The translations under genes and the position numbers were made by a program. From the sequence record MT764206.1: 64,000 bases of DNA; one strand, written 5' to 3'. This DNA is from Escherichia phage JEP6. Position 1 is the first letter of the stretch. Every line of letters starts with the position of its first letter. Under the pieces are notes generated by a model. The model worked only from the letters and a program-made list of their open reading frames with translations, searched no databases and was not told the origin of the DNA. Shown here in pieces: positions 37,146-46,895 of the stretch.

Positions 37146-37454
37146 AAGCCTTGCGGCAACCTTGTCGGGGTTCCACCTGCTAAGGCAAGTGTTTGTACGA
37201 AACGCCGGGATTCGAACCCGGTTATTAAGTAGTTGACGCTACTCAATATTTTTAAAAGGCCATATCTCGACCATATCCGAACGTTCCGTCAAAAACGCTA
37301 CTCGGCTTATGGCAAAGATATTTCCTCGAATCGATAATTCGGTGCGCCGTTTCTGCTGTGATGTAAGAGGGCATCAATAAACGTAAAGATTATTAACGCA
37401 ATTCCTTACTCAGGGAACATCAGTCCGACGACTTACCGGTAGCGACCCGGTTTC
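37146..37454 (-). ncRNA. putative stable RNA region (like T4 species 1/2, RNA C/D)
   Basis: about 300 nt without ORF between ORF 37455-37805 and the terminator, on the tRNA strand; contains tRNA T-arm-like hairpin CCGGGTTCGAATCCCGG; exact ends undetermined. Confidence 0.4.
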
Positions 37455-37805
37455 TTAATATTCTTTTAAAGAATCAATATATTCACGGCGTTTACGCCAC
37501 AAATCAATTGCTTCATACGCGGATTCAGCATTTCGAATTAGCCGGCATTTATGTAAAGACTTATGATTTTGATATTGTGTAGATAACGGAATTGTATCTA
37601 AAAGGTCTTTACGATCAAAATATTCGTAACCATCTAAACCAAATGAACGATTTTTGAGAAATTGCCAATGACCATATTCGTTTTCGACATAAACATAATC
37701 TGCATGCTGATAAAGCAAATTAATTACACGTTCAGAAATAACAGTATCATTATGATTAAAATAGAATGTTAAATCATGAACTACTAAATAAACATTACCT
37801 TTCAT
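37455..37805 (-). CDS. hypothetical protein inside the tRNA operon
   Basis: 116 aa from ATG 37805 with GAGGA RBS; track start 37853 would overlap tRNA-Arg. Confidence 0.45.
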   Translation of the reverse strand: MKGNVYLVVHDLTFYFNHNDTVISERVINLLYQHADYVYVENEYGHWQFLKNRSFGLDGYEYFDRKDLLDTIPLSTQYQNHKSLHKCRLIRNAESAYEAIDLWRKRREYIDSLKEY

Positions 37806-37823
37806 ATTTTCCTCACTTATAAT

Positions 37824-37900
<77 letters not shown>

Positions 37901-37903
37901 TAA

Positions 37904-38569
37904 TTAAAATTTCATTTTTCGACCTTTAAACCATCCTTCTGGAATTGGGTCAGTTTTCTTAATACGTTTAGAAACTTTTTCATCTAATGAATGAATCCAC
38001 ATCATACCAAATTGGGAATTCTTTTCGCCCTGTTGGTGTTTATTTCTGGCGTGAGATTCTTTCATTTTATTAATAGTTTCAGGAGTATGATGCTTATTTA
38101 AAAATCTGCTATTATTTAAAAATTTTTCCCTGTATTCAGGAGTTGACCACAAGCGTTTAAATACATTTGAACCATGTTTACGATATTTTTCTTGAAGTAA
38201 AATATCATTTTTAAAACGTGACTTAAACGATTTAGCTCCTTTTAAACTAGCGTCTTTCTTCTGGTTTAGCATCCCAGGAATATTTATATGATCCCATCCA
38301 CCTTCACCACCTAATTTCAAATTATAAACATCAGGGCGCTTTAAAAACTCTTCAGTCACAATATTCTTTTCTGACTCAAACATAGAGGTTTTATCGTCAA
38401 AGAACTCTAATATTTCTTTAGAAAAATTTTCTATACCATACTTATCTTGGGCTCTTTTTAATAATTTACCAGAACCCATATATCCATCATCTAAATTTTC
38501 GGTAGAATGCACACCAATATAAATTTTATTATTAATTTTATTTGTTATTTTATAAGTGTAATGGAACAT
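37904..38569 (-). CDS. segB: GIY-YIG homing endonuclease (SegB-like) within the tRNA cluster
   Basis: 221 aa; N-terminal YTYKITNKINNKIYIGV...GYMGSG GIY-YIG motif; located between tRNA-Ile and tRNA-Arg. Confidence 0.7.
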   Translation of the reverse strand: MFHYTYKITNKINNKIYIGVHSTENLDDGYMGSGKLLKRAQDKYGIENFSKEILEFFDDKTSMFESEKNIVTEEFLKRPDVYNLKLGGEGGWDHINIPGMLNQKKDASLKGAKSFKSRFKNDILLQEKYRKHGSNVFKRLWSTPEYREKFLNNSRFLNKHHTPETINKMKESHARNKHQQGEKNSQFGMMWIHSLDEKVSKRIKKTDPIPEGWFKGRKMKF

Positions 38570-38610
38570 AAATATCTCCTATTTCTAAGAGTATTTATGT
38601 TCCCAAAATA

Positions 38611-38682
38611 TGGCCCTGGGTGGAATTGAACCACCATCTGGCGATTATGAGTCGCTTGCTTGAACCTTCCAGCTACAGGGCC
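38611..38682 (-). tRNA. tRNA-Ile (anticodon CAU; lysidine-type AUA reader, Met not excluded)
   Basis: manual fold: acceptor GGCCCTG/CAGGGCC, anticodon loop CTCATAA, T-loop TTCAATT; no encoded CCA. Confidence 0.7.
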
Positions 38683-38688
38683 TTGATA

Positions 38689-38761
38689 TGCTGATTGACG
38701 GAATCGAACCGCCGACGTCCTCATTACAAGTGAGGTGCTCTACCTACTGAGCTAAATCAGC
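38689..38761 (-). tRNA. tRNA-Thr (anticodon UGU)
   Basis: acceptor GCTGATT/AATCAGC, D-arm GCTC-AGTAGGTA-GAGC, anticodon loop CTTGTAA, T-loop TTCGATT. Confidence 0.85.
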
Positions 38762-38768
38762 GAAATTA

Positions 38769-38855
38769 CGGAGGCGATAGGATTTGAACCTATGAGTCGC
38801 CGGAGCGACTGCCGGTTTTCAAGACCGGTGCATTAAACCACTCTGCCACGCCTCC
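38769..38855 (-). tRNA. tRNA-Ser (anticodon UGA), type II with long variable arm
   Basis: acceptor GGAGGCG/CGCCTCC, anticodon stem CCGGT/ACCGG with loop CTTGAAA, long variable arm, T-loop TTCAAAT. Confidence 0.8.
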
Positions 38856-38857
38856 AG

Positions 38858-38931
38858 TCTCCGTGGCAGGATTTGAACCTACGACATTCTGCTCCCAAAG
38901 CAGACGCTCTACCAAACTGAGCTACACGGAG
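38858..38931 (-). tRNA. tRNA-Pro (anticodon UGG)
   Basis: acceptor CTCCGTG/CACGGAG, D-arm GCTC-AGTTTGGTA-GAGC, anticodon loop TTTGGGA, T-loop TTCAAAT. Confidence 0.85.
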
Positions 38932-38941
38932 TAAATTAAAT

Positions 38942-39015
<74 letters not shown>

Positions 39016-39020
39016 AAATT

Positions 39021-39107
39021 TGGTGCGAGAAGTGGGACTCGAACCCACAAGGAAATCATTCCGCAGCATTTTAAGTGCTGTGCCTTTACCAATTTGACCA
39101 TTCTCGC
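39021..39107 (-). tRNA. tRNA-Leu (anticodon UAA), type II
   Basis: acceptor GCGAGAA/TTCTCGC, anticodon stem CAGCA/TGCTG loop CTTAAAA, long variable arm, T-loop TTCGAGT, CCA encoded. Confidence 0.8.
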
Positions 39108-39113
39108 GTTATA

Positions 39114-39746
39114 TTATTTATTACGTGAAAAAGACTGTTCTATCAATTCTGGACACTTTCGTTCTATCCATTTTCTAGCTTTTTGTGGGCTTATACCTAT
39201 TATTTTAGCAGCTTTACTAACCCATCCAAATTTAGAATAATCGATTTTAACTAATTCTTCGTAAATTTCATCAGTTAAAATCTTTTCATTAATATTTACC
39301 AGTAAATGATATAATTTGTTATCATTAGCAATTTTAATGAATCTTTTATAGTTTCCGCCTTTACTTAAACCTAATGAAGTAATTGCAGATGATATAGTAG
39401 CCGAATTTAATAATGCGTTTAAAATTTCTTCATCACTAACATTATAACGCTTTTTATTATTTTTAATATTTTTACCAGCAAAAGTATCAGTTTGCGAGTG
39501 ACAGTTTGGACATAATAATCTTAAATTTGATTTAAGATGATTTTTGTTATTTCCATCAATATGGTCTAATTGCAGAACAATATGCTTATTTTGCCATTTT
39601 GAAATTTTACAAATTGCACACTCATATGGAAAAATATTTTCTTTTATTATTTTGTCTTTCAGCTTTCCTGTGCTAAAATTTGGGTGTTTTCCTTCAAAAA
39701 TTTCAGCTAATTTAGTATCCATAATATGATTCCCAATTATTAACAA
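39114..39746 (-). CDS. HNH homing endonuclease (Mob-like) immediately upstream of the tRNA cluster
   Basis: 210 aa; HNH motif LQLDHIDGNNKNHLKSNLRLLCPNCH. Confidence 0.7.
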   Translation of the reverse strand: MLIIGNHIMDTKLAEIFEGKHPNFSTGKLKDKIIKENIFPYECAICKISKWQNKHIVLQLDHIDGNNKNHLKSNLRLLCPNCHSQTDTFAGKNIKNNKKRYNVSDEEILNALLNSATISSAITSLGLSKGGNYKRFIKIANDNKLYHLLVNINEKILTDEIYEELVKIDYSKFGWVSKAAKIIGISPQKARKWIERKCPELIEQSFSRNK

Positions 39747-39832
39747 AGGCTCTCAAACAAGAACCCTTGATGATAGAGGGTATTAATCAGTGCGGTACGA
39801 GTTAATAATAACAAATAATTCTTAAAGCATAT

Positions 39833-40126
39833 TTACCATTTATGATGATACATATTTACGATGCATTCAAGACCCAAAGGATTCTTGAAAATATCATATT
39901 CAAGAGGACCTTTTTCTGTTTCAATAAAGAAATCAAAATTTACTGTATTAAATTTACGGTCTTCCTTCACTAATTTAACTTGAGAAGATGAACGGTCAAT
40001 GTAAACCTTTTCAACTTCAAAACATGTTAAAATGCCATAATCATCAATCAAGGCTTTAGCAGCATCTTGATCATATTTATATCCATTTTCAACGGACGAT
40101 ACTTTCGCATAAAGAATCATTATCAA
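39833..40126 (-). CDS. hypothetical protein
   Basis: ORF track 97 aa. Confidence 0.45.
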   Translation of the reverse strand: MIMILYAKVSSVENGYKYDQDAAKALIDDYGILTCFEVEKVYIDRSSSQVKLVKEDRKFNTVNFDFFIETEKGPLEYDIFKNPLGLECIVNMYHHKW

Positions 40127-40536
40127 CCTTCATCAACAATAGTATGCGTATTGGCATTTACAATTTGCCACCAATCAAATCGATTAGAACCATACATCGG
40201 TTTGTTTTCATTTTCTTTAATAATGTCACGGAGTTCATCTTCAGTGGCGGCTTTCGCGATTAAATCAGCATATCCACCACGAGGATAATAATTATCACCT
40301 GCAAAAAGTAAAAAGTTTGGTTTAATGTTATTGAACTCTTCAAGAGTAATAACTTTTCCTGTTGGTTGAACAATCTCTACATATTTATATCCCAATTTTT
40401 GAGCAGCATCTACTGCTTCAAGCAAAGTATCATGAGCCCATCCTATTTGACAATTCGGCTTTTTAGATGGATTAGCCTGATAATCCGCGTACACTTTATA
40501 CATTCTATTCACCTTTAGAAATTTTATCCATAACAA
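40123..40536 (-). CDS. hypothetical protein; start probably internal (MYKVYADYQ, about 40503)
   Basis: ORF track 137 aa. Confidence 0.45.
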   Translation of the reverse strand: MLWIKFLKVNRMYKVYADYQANPSKKPNCQIGWAHDTLLEAVDAAQKLGYKYVEIVQPTGKVITLEEFNNIKPNFLLFAGDNYYPRGGYADLIAKAATEDELRDIIKENENKPMYGSNRFDWWQIVNANTHTIVDEG

Positions 40537-40690
40537 TAGCGATTAAACCAATTAAAAATGCTACTACAAGTGAAAACACGTTTTCTGCTGTAGTCAATAA
40601 TCCGCATATAAATCCAACAAACATTGAAAAACTAAAAGCAGAAGCAGAAATTGCAATAGCAACATTTCGAATTAATTCACAACGTTTCAT
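40505..40690 (-). CDS. hypothetical small membrane protein
   Basis: 61 aa, largely hydrophobic; early promoter upstream. Confidence 0.45.
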   Translation of the reverse strand: MKRCELIRNVAIAISASAFSFSMFVGFICGLLTTAENVFSLVVAFLIGLIAIVMDKISKGE

Positions 40691-40718
40691 TTTATTCTCC
40701 TCAGTAGTTGATAGGGTA

Positions 40719-40748
40719 ATAGTATCACAACTAAAACCCTATGTAAAC
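40719..40748 (-). promoter_or_regulatory. T4-type early promoter (GTTTACA-N17-TACTAT)
   Basis: conserved element upstream of ORF start 40690. Confidence 0.6.
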
Positions 40749-40766
40749 AACTTTGTGAAATATTTA

Positions 40767-41054
40767 TTACAAAAGATTTTTAGCAATAATTTTGAGCTGA
40801 GCTACTGAAATATGCTTGGCTTTAAACAACGCAGTTTCTTCAGCAGGAGAGATAACGATTGTAGCACCATCCTTTTTAGCAGACCACCCATCGCCTAGGT
40901 AAACAGTACCTTTGATTTCTTCGCCATCAACCAGACTAATCATTGGTTTACCTTCTCGTCCTTTATTTGCTTTAATAACTTCAGAAGTAAGAGTAGCTTC
41001 GGTAATGGTAGAAACCGGGGTAGTTGTAGAAGTAAACTCTTTGAAAGTTTTCAT
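40767..41054 (-). CDS. internal-protein-I-like small protein (ipI locus)
   Basis: 95 aa; N-terminal MKTFKEFTS CTS-like leader; position between 57B and the tRNA region. Confidence 0.55.
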   Translation of the reverse strand: MKTFKEFTSTTTPVSTITEATLTSEVIKANKGREGKPMISLVDGEEIKGTVYLGDGWSAKKDGATIVISPAEETALFKAKHISVAQLKIIAKNLL

Positions 41055-41084
41055 TTTATTTTCCTAATTAATTTTGATGAGATA

Positions 41085-41114
41085 ATAGTATCACTACCTC
41101 ATCAGCATGTAAAC
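41085..41114 (-). promoter_or_regulatory. T4-type early promoter (GTTTACA-N17-TACTAT)
   Basis: conserved element about 30 nt upstream of ipI-like ATG. Confidence 0.6.
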
Positions 41115-41126
41115 AACTTTGTGAAA

Positions 41127-41823
<697 letters not shown>

Positions 41824-41824
<1 letters not shown>

Positions 41825-42537
41825 TATAGTACCTTTAGTGTATTTTTAATTTTAGAAAAAAGTTCTTCAAGAGAACCATCGTTTGTAATTACTAAATCGC
41901 CATCACGAATTGGCAATCCAGCTTCTGTAATATGTGTATCATTGGATTTTTGACCAGGACGAACTACATGAATTACTGTAGCACCCATCGCCCTAGCCGC
42001 ATCCATTTCATGATCTTGACGAGTATCAGGAACGATATAATAATCATAACCTGAGTTAAATTTATCAAGATAATCTAAAGCAAATAATTTTACCCAATAC
42101 ATGCGGTCGAAGTTATTAACAATCAAATCCGTACCTAGGGCTTGCATCAGACGACGGACTGACCATTGATCTTCAATATTATTTATAACGTCAGCAATCT
42201 TATTAAATGCTACGAAATTAACTGCGTCATCAAAAACAAATACGCCTTTAATTGGGCTTTTACTATTAAGATAGCAAAATGCTTGTTCCATAATCGTAAT
42301 TACTTCTAATTTAGTCAGATTTAAATTAGTCTCACGATCATAGTCAATTCCTTCAAACTCTTTACGAGTTAAGCAAGGATAGTCAGTGCTTGCTGCAAAT
42401 ACACCCCATGCATAAGCCAATGCATCTTTAATAGGACCAGCAAGTTGATATTTAACTGCAGAATAATTTTCCATGATAAAATCTGCAGTAGTATCTTTTC
42501 CACTACGCTTTACACCACTTAAAAAGATTAGTTTCAT
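41824..42537 (-). CDS. 1: deoxynucleoside monophosphate kinase gp1
   Basis: 237 aa; P-loop GVKRSGKDT. Confidence 0.85.
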
Positions 42538-42586
42538 ATGTTTCTCCTCAAATTTAGTTAAGATTATAACACATGAAACTGAAGCA

Positions 42587-43117
42587 TTAAACTTCTGCTA
42601 TAATTTTGCCATCTTTTTCTACTTGAAAATACGTATAAGGAATCGTTGCTGTACATACTAAAGCCGGGTCTGAATCTTCCGTGTAGCTAAATTCTACTTC
42701 AGACAGGTCAGAAACCCAAGGCTTATAAAAATTTATTGACATCACGATTTCAGTTTTACTGTTATCTAAAATGTAAAGCGTAATGTATTCAGGACCTGTT
42801 TTTTGGGCAGTATTTTCGCCTGTAAGATAGTTACTAGTTCCTAGCATCCATTCATACATTCCTATCCACGACTTAAGTTCTTCATCAACTATAAATCTCA
42901 CGATGAGTGGATCGTACTCAAATGTAACTCCTGGACGCTGTGCTCTACCTAGTCCAAACGGCCCAGTCACGGTATCAGTAACAGGTATCCTAATTCCCGG
43001 AATAGGAACTGACTGAGCATTTAAAGTAAAAGCAGATGTAGTATTACTATGCGGTATTGATACTACAAAGTTAGTTGTATTTGCTTGGTTAAAAATTTGT
43101 TGCAGTGCTTGCGACAT
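42587..43117 (-). CDS. 3: tail completion/sheath stabiliser gp3
   Basis: 176 aa from ATG 43117 (MSQALQQIFNQ...); track ORF is an upstream extension. Confidence 0.8.
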   Translation of the reverse strand: MSQALQQIFNQANTTNFVVSIPHSNTTSAFTLNAQSVPIPGIRIPVTDTVTGPFGLGRAQRPGVTFEYDPLIVRFIVDEELKSWIGMYEWMLGTSNYLTGENTAQKTGPEYITLYILDNSKTEIVMSINFYKPWVSDLSEVEFSYTEDSDPALVCTATIPYTYFQVEKDGKIIAEV

Positions 43118-43223
43118 ATATTCCTCATAATGCTTTATAAATGTTGGTGGTATAATGGGTCTAAGTCCCTTCCATTCAATTCCAATTAGAACAAACAACA
43201 GAAAAGAATGGAAGATAATAGAA

Positions 43224-44048
43224 TTAGATATTTGACCAGACTTTGTTTGCAGAGAAACGTTTTCCTTTTGAAACGAACTGCTGAAGTGGCATTAACACAA
43301 CGTTCGCCCAGTCTTTCGGGGCGATTTCAACAAGGCTACCCATAATATTACCAGGTATATATGCCTTAATCATTTGGTCTGCACCCCTAAATCCTTTCAC
43401 TTGACTCCAATCAATTTTTAATTTCGTTTTATTAGTAATAGTAGGTGTATTTGAATATTGCTTTAAAAGCTCTTCTAGAAACTGTTGACGAGCTTTAGGT
43501 GGAATATAGTGCAAGTTTAATCCATACATTAAATTATGCTTACCTAAACCAAGGTAAATTATCAAAGGAAATTTATCCCAGTAAGGAAGAGTTTCCTTGT
43601 GTTTAGCATCATAAGCAAAAGCATATATTCGTCCCGGCTGCGGGCGAACAACTTTATGTCCTTTTACCTGCTTAATAGTTTCAGCAAACCACTTTCTGGT
43701 TTTATTATTAATTGCTGCACCTTCATTACGAATTTTATCACGCAATGTTTGCCTGAATGAATTTATCATAAGCAGTTGTCTTTCTTGCTTATTGAGTTTA
43801 TTCATTGGTTTTGATTCAAGCTTTTGAATCTTTTCAGCTGTTTTAATTCCTGAAGCATATTTTGACATTGCCGAAGTAAACGTAGAGTATTTGATTCCTC
43901 TTTCTTCAGCAAATTGCTTTCCTGTCATTCCTTTTGCTTTGGCCTTTTTGTATTCAAGACCTATTTGAATCCATTTCTTTTCGTTTAATGATTGCTTAAC
44001 CTTTGGAACTTGGGGAGTGCTTTCATTAATTATTTGAAAAATAGCCAT
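43224..44048 (-). CDS. 2: DNA end protector protein gp2
   Basis: 274 aa; position between 4 and 3. Confidence 0.8.
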   Translation of the reverse strand: MAIFQIINESTPQVPKVKQSLNEKKWIQIGLEYKKAKAKGMTGKQFAEERGIKYSTFTSAMSKYASGIKTAEKIQKLESKPMNKLNKQERQLLMINSFRQTLRDKIRNEGAAINNKTRKWFAETIKQVKGHKVVRPQPGRIYAFAYDAKHKETLPYWDKFPLIIYLGLGKHNLMYGLNLHYIPPKARQQFLEELLKQYSNTPTITNKTKLKIDWSQVKGFRGADQMIKAYIPGNIMGSLVEIAPKDWANVVLMPLQQFVSKGKRFSANKVWSNI

Positions 44049-44500
44049 TATGCCCCCTTAAAGCCAAGAGCTCGTAATCCATCTTCTGTTAGAATTCTAA
44101 ATTTTATTCCACGCTTTTCAGCTAAAGATTGTGCTGCTTTCCATTTGTCAGTATTAACGGAATATGTATAAATTTCATTCATAAATCTTTTCTTCGCTGC
44201 GGTTGTTAGATGTGCTGGTTTAATTGGTGGTTGTGTTTCTTTTTTAGGCTTTATTTCAATAAAAAATTCTTGTCCAGAAGAATCTTTCATCCAAATATCC
44301 ATGAAGTATCTACGTTTTTTCCCTTCTGCATTACAAAAATAAGGAATTACTGCTGTTTCACTACCCCATGCAATAATTTCTGGATTTTTATCTAACCATT
44401 CAAAAAAGAATTTTTCCCAATTTGATCTATACGTAATTTTTTTAGGGTCACCTCTATATTTTGATATATTTTTAGGAACCCATTTTCCAGAATATGCCAT
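44048..44500 (-). CDS. 4: head completion protein gp4
   Basis: 150 aa; divergently arranged to gene 53 with late promoters between. Confidence 0.8.
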   Translation of the reverse strand: MAYSGKWVPKNISKYRGDPKKITYRSNWEKFFFEWLDKNPEIIAWGSETAVIPYFCNAEGKKRRYFMDIWMKDSSGQEFFIEIKPKKETQPPIKPAHLTTAAKKRFMNEIYTYSVNTDKWKAAQSLAEKRGIKFRILTEDGLRALGFKGA

Positions 44501-44511
44501 TGGATTCTCCT

Positions 44512-44519
44512 TATAAATA
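44512..44519 (+). promoter_or_regulatory. late promoter (TATAAATA) for gene 53
   Basis: exact TATAAATA 28 nt upstream of gene 53 ATG. Confidence 0.6.
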
Positions 44520-44526
44520 GATAATA

Positions 44527-44534
44527 TATTTATA
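44527..44534 (-). promoter_or_regulatory. late promoter (TATAAATA on minus strand) for gene 4
   Basis: exact TATAAATA 27 nt upstream of gene 4 ATG; divergent partner of the gene 53 promoter. Confidence 0.55.
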
Positions 44535-44547
44535 AACAGGAGGGCCC

Positions 44548-45138
44548 ATGCTCTTTACATTTTTTGATCCGATTGAATATGCGGCCAAAACGGTGAATAA
44601 AAACGCGCCGACTATTCCTATGACAGATATTTTTAGAAACTATAAAGACTATTTCAAACGCGCTCTTGCGGGATACCGCTTACGTACTTATTATATCAAA
44701 GGTTCACCACGCCCGGAAGAATTAGCAAATGCTATATATGGAAATCCACAGTTGTATTGGGTTTTATTGATGTGTAATGATAATTATGATCCATATTATG
44801 GATGGATTACTTCGCAGGAAGCTGCTTATCAAGCATCTATACAAAAATACAAAAATGTAGGTGGAGACCAAATAGTATATCATGTGAATGAGAATGGTGA
44901 AAAATTTTATAATTTAATATCATACGATGATAATCCATATGTTTGGTATGACAAAGGCGATAAAGCTAGAAAATATCCTCAATATGAAGGAGCACTTGCT
45001 GCGGTAGATACGTATGAAGCTGCTGTTCTTGAAAATGAAAAACTTCGTCAAATAAAAATAATAGCAAAATCAGACATCAATTCATTTATGAACGACCTTA
45101 TACGTATAATGGAGAAATCTTATGGAAATGATAAGTAA
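44548..45138 (+). CDS. 53: baseplate wedge protein gp53
   Basis: 196 aa; position immediately upstream of gene 5. Confidence 0.85.
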   Translation: MLFTFFDPIEYAAKTVNKNAPTIPMTDIFRNYKDYFKRALAGYRLRTYYIKGSPRPEELANAIYGNPQLYWVLLMCNDNYDPYYGWITSQEAAYQASIQKYKNVGGDQIVYHVNENGEKFYNLISYDDNPYVWYDKGDKARKYPQYEGALAAVDTYEAAVLENEKLRQIKIIAKSDINSFMNDLIRIMEKSYGNDK

Positions 45139-46894
45139 TAACCTTAATTGGTTTGTTGGTGTTGTTGAAGATAGAATGGACCCATTAAAATTAGGTCGTG
45201 TTCGTGTTCGTGTGGTTGGTCTGCATCCACCTCAAAGAGCACAAGGCGACGTAATGGGTATTCCAACTGATAAATTACCATGGATGTCAGTTATTCAACC
45301 TATAACTTCTGCAGCAATGTCTGGAATTGGAGGCTCCGTTACTGGTCCGGTAGAAGGAACTAGAGTTTATGGTCATTTTTTAGACAAATGGAAAACTAAC
45401 GGAATTGTCCTTGGCACATATGGTGGAATAGTTCGCGAAAAACCTAATAGACTTGAAGGATTTTCTGACCCAACTGGGCAGTATCCTAGACGTCTAGGAA
45501 ATGATACTAACGTATTAAACCAAGGCGGAGAAGTAGGATATGATTCGTCTTCTAACGTTATCCAAGACAGTAATTTAGATACTGCAATAAATCCCGATGA
45601 TAGACCGCTATCAGAGATTCCAACTGATGATAATCCAAATATGTCAATGGCTGAAATGCTTCGCCGTGATGAAGGATTAAGACTAAAAGTTTATTGGGAT
45701 ACAGAAGGATATCCGACAATTGGTATTGGTCATCTTATCATGAAGCAGCCAGTTCGTGATATGGCCCAAATTAATAAAGTTTTATCAAAACAAGTTGGTC
45801 GTGAAATTACTGGAAATCCAGGTTCTATTACAATGGAAGAAGCGGTAACTTTATTTGAGCGTGATTTGGCTGATATGCAACGTGACATTAAATCACATTC
45901 TAAAGTAGGACCAGTCTGGCAAGCTGTCAACCGTTCTCGTCAAATGGCGTTAGAAAATATGGCATTTCAGATGGGTGTTGGTGGTGTAGCTAAATTTAAC
46001 ACAATGTTAACTGCTATGTTAGCCGGAGATTGGGAAAAAGCATATAAAGCCGGACGTGATTCATTGTGGTATCAACAAACAAAAGGCCGTGCATCCCGTG
46101 TTACCATGATTATTCTTACAGGGAATTTGGAATCATACGGTATTGAAGTGAAAACCCCAGCTAGGTCTCTATCAGCAATGGCTGCTACTGCAGCTAAATC
46201 TTCTGACCCTGCTGACCCTCCTATTCCAAATGACTCGAGAATTTTATTCAAAGAACCAGTTTCTTCATATAAAGGTGAATATCCTTATGTGCATACAATG
46301 GAAACTGAAAGCGGACATATTCAGGAATTTGATGATACCCCTGGGCAAGAACGATATAGATTAGTTCATCCAACTGGAACTTATGAAGAAGTATCACCGT
46401 CAGGAAGAAGAACAAGAAAAACTGTTGATAATTTGTATGATATAACAAATGCTGATGGTAATTTTTTGGTAGCCGGTGATAAAAAGACTAACGTCGGTGG
46501 ATCAGAAATTTATTACAACATGGATAATCGTTTACATCAAATCGATGGAAGCAATACGATATTTGTTCGAGGAGATGAAACGAAAACTGTTGAAGGTAAT
46601 GGAACTATCCTAGTTAAAGGTAATGTTAAAGTAGTTATTCAAGGAACAGCAGATATAACCGTTGAACAGGAAGCATACATAACTGTTGAAAAAGACACGA
46701 CTGTTAATGTTAACCAAAACGCAGACATAAGTGTTAAAAATAAAGCAACTGTTAATGCTGAAAATATGGATGTCAACGTTGAGCAAGATTTAAATTTTTC
46801 AGCGACAAATATTAATTTAAGTGCATCTAATACTGTTCATATGGATGGCGGGGTTCTTTCTAAAGTATCAGGTGGAAACGTACAGGTTGGTTAA
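45122..46894 (+). CDS. 5: baseplate central hub/spike protein gp5 with lysozyme domain
   Basis: 590 aa; N-terminus MEMISNNLNWFVGVVED; internal T4-lysozyme-like domain (MAEMLRRDEGLRLKVYWDTEGYPTIGIGHL); C-terminal octad beta-helix repeats. Confidence 0.9.
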   Translation: MEMISNNLNWFVGVVEDRMDPLKLGRVRVRVVGLHPPQRAQGDVMGIPTDKLPWMSVIQPITSAAMSGIGGSVTGPVEGTRVYGHFLDKWKTNGIVLGTYGGIVREKPNRLEGFSDPTGQYPRRLGNDTNVLNQGGEVGYDSSSNVIQDSNLDTAINPDDRPLSEIPTDDNPNMSMAEMLRRDEGLRLKVYWDTEGYPTIGIGHLIMKQPVRDMAQINKVLSKQVGREITGNPGSITMEEAVTLFERDLADMQRDIKSHSKVGPVWQAVNRSRQMALENMAFQMGVGGVAKFNTMLTAMLAGDWEKAYKAGRDSLWYQQTKGRASRVTMIILTGNLESYGIEVKTPARSLSAMAATAAKSSDPADPPIPNDSRILFKEPVSSYKGEYPYVHTMETESGHIQEFDDTPGQERYRLVHPTGTYEEVSPSGRRTRKTVDNLYDITNADGNFLVAGDKKTNVGGSEIYYNMDNRLHQIDGSNTIFVRGDETKTVEGNGTILVKGNVKVVIQGTADITVEQEAYITVEKDTTVNVNQNADISVKNKATVNAENMDVNVEQDLNFSATNINLSASNTVHMDGGVLSKVSGGNVQVG

Positions 46895-46895
46895 T

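Noticed and set aside
39747-39832. Search for tRNA-Gln upstream of the HNH gene
   Set aside because: No T-arm or acceptor-stem complementarity could be folded in this stretch.
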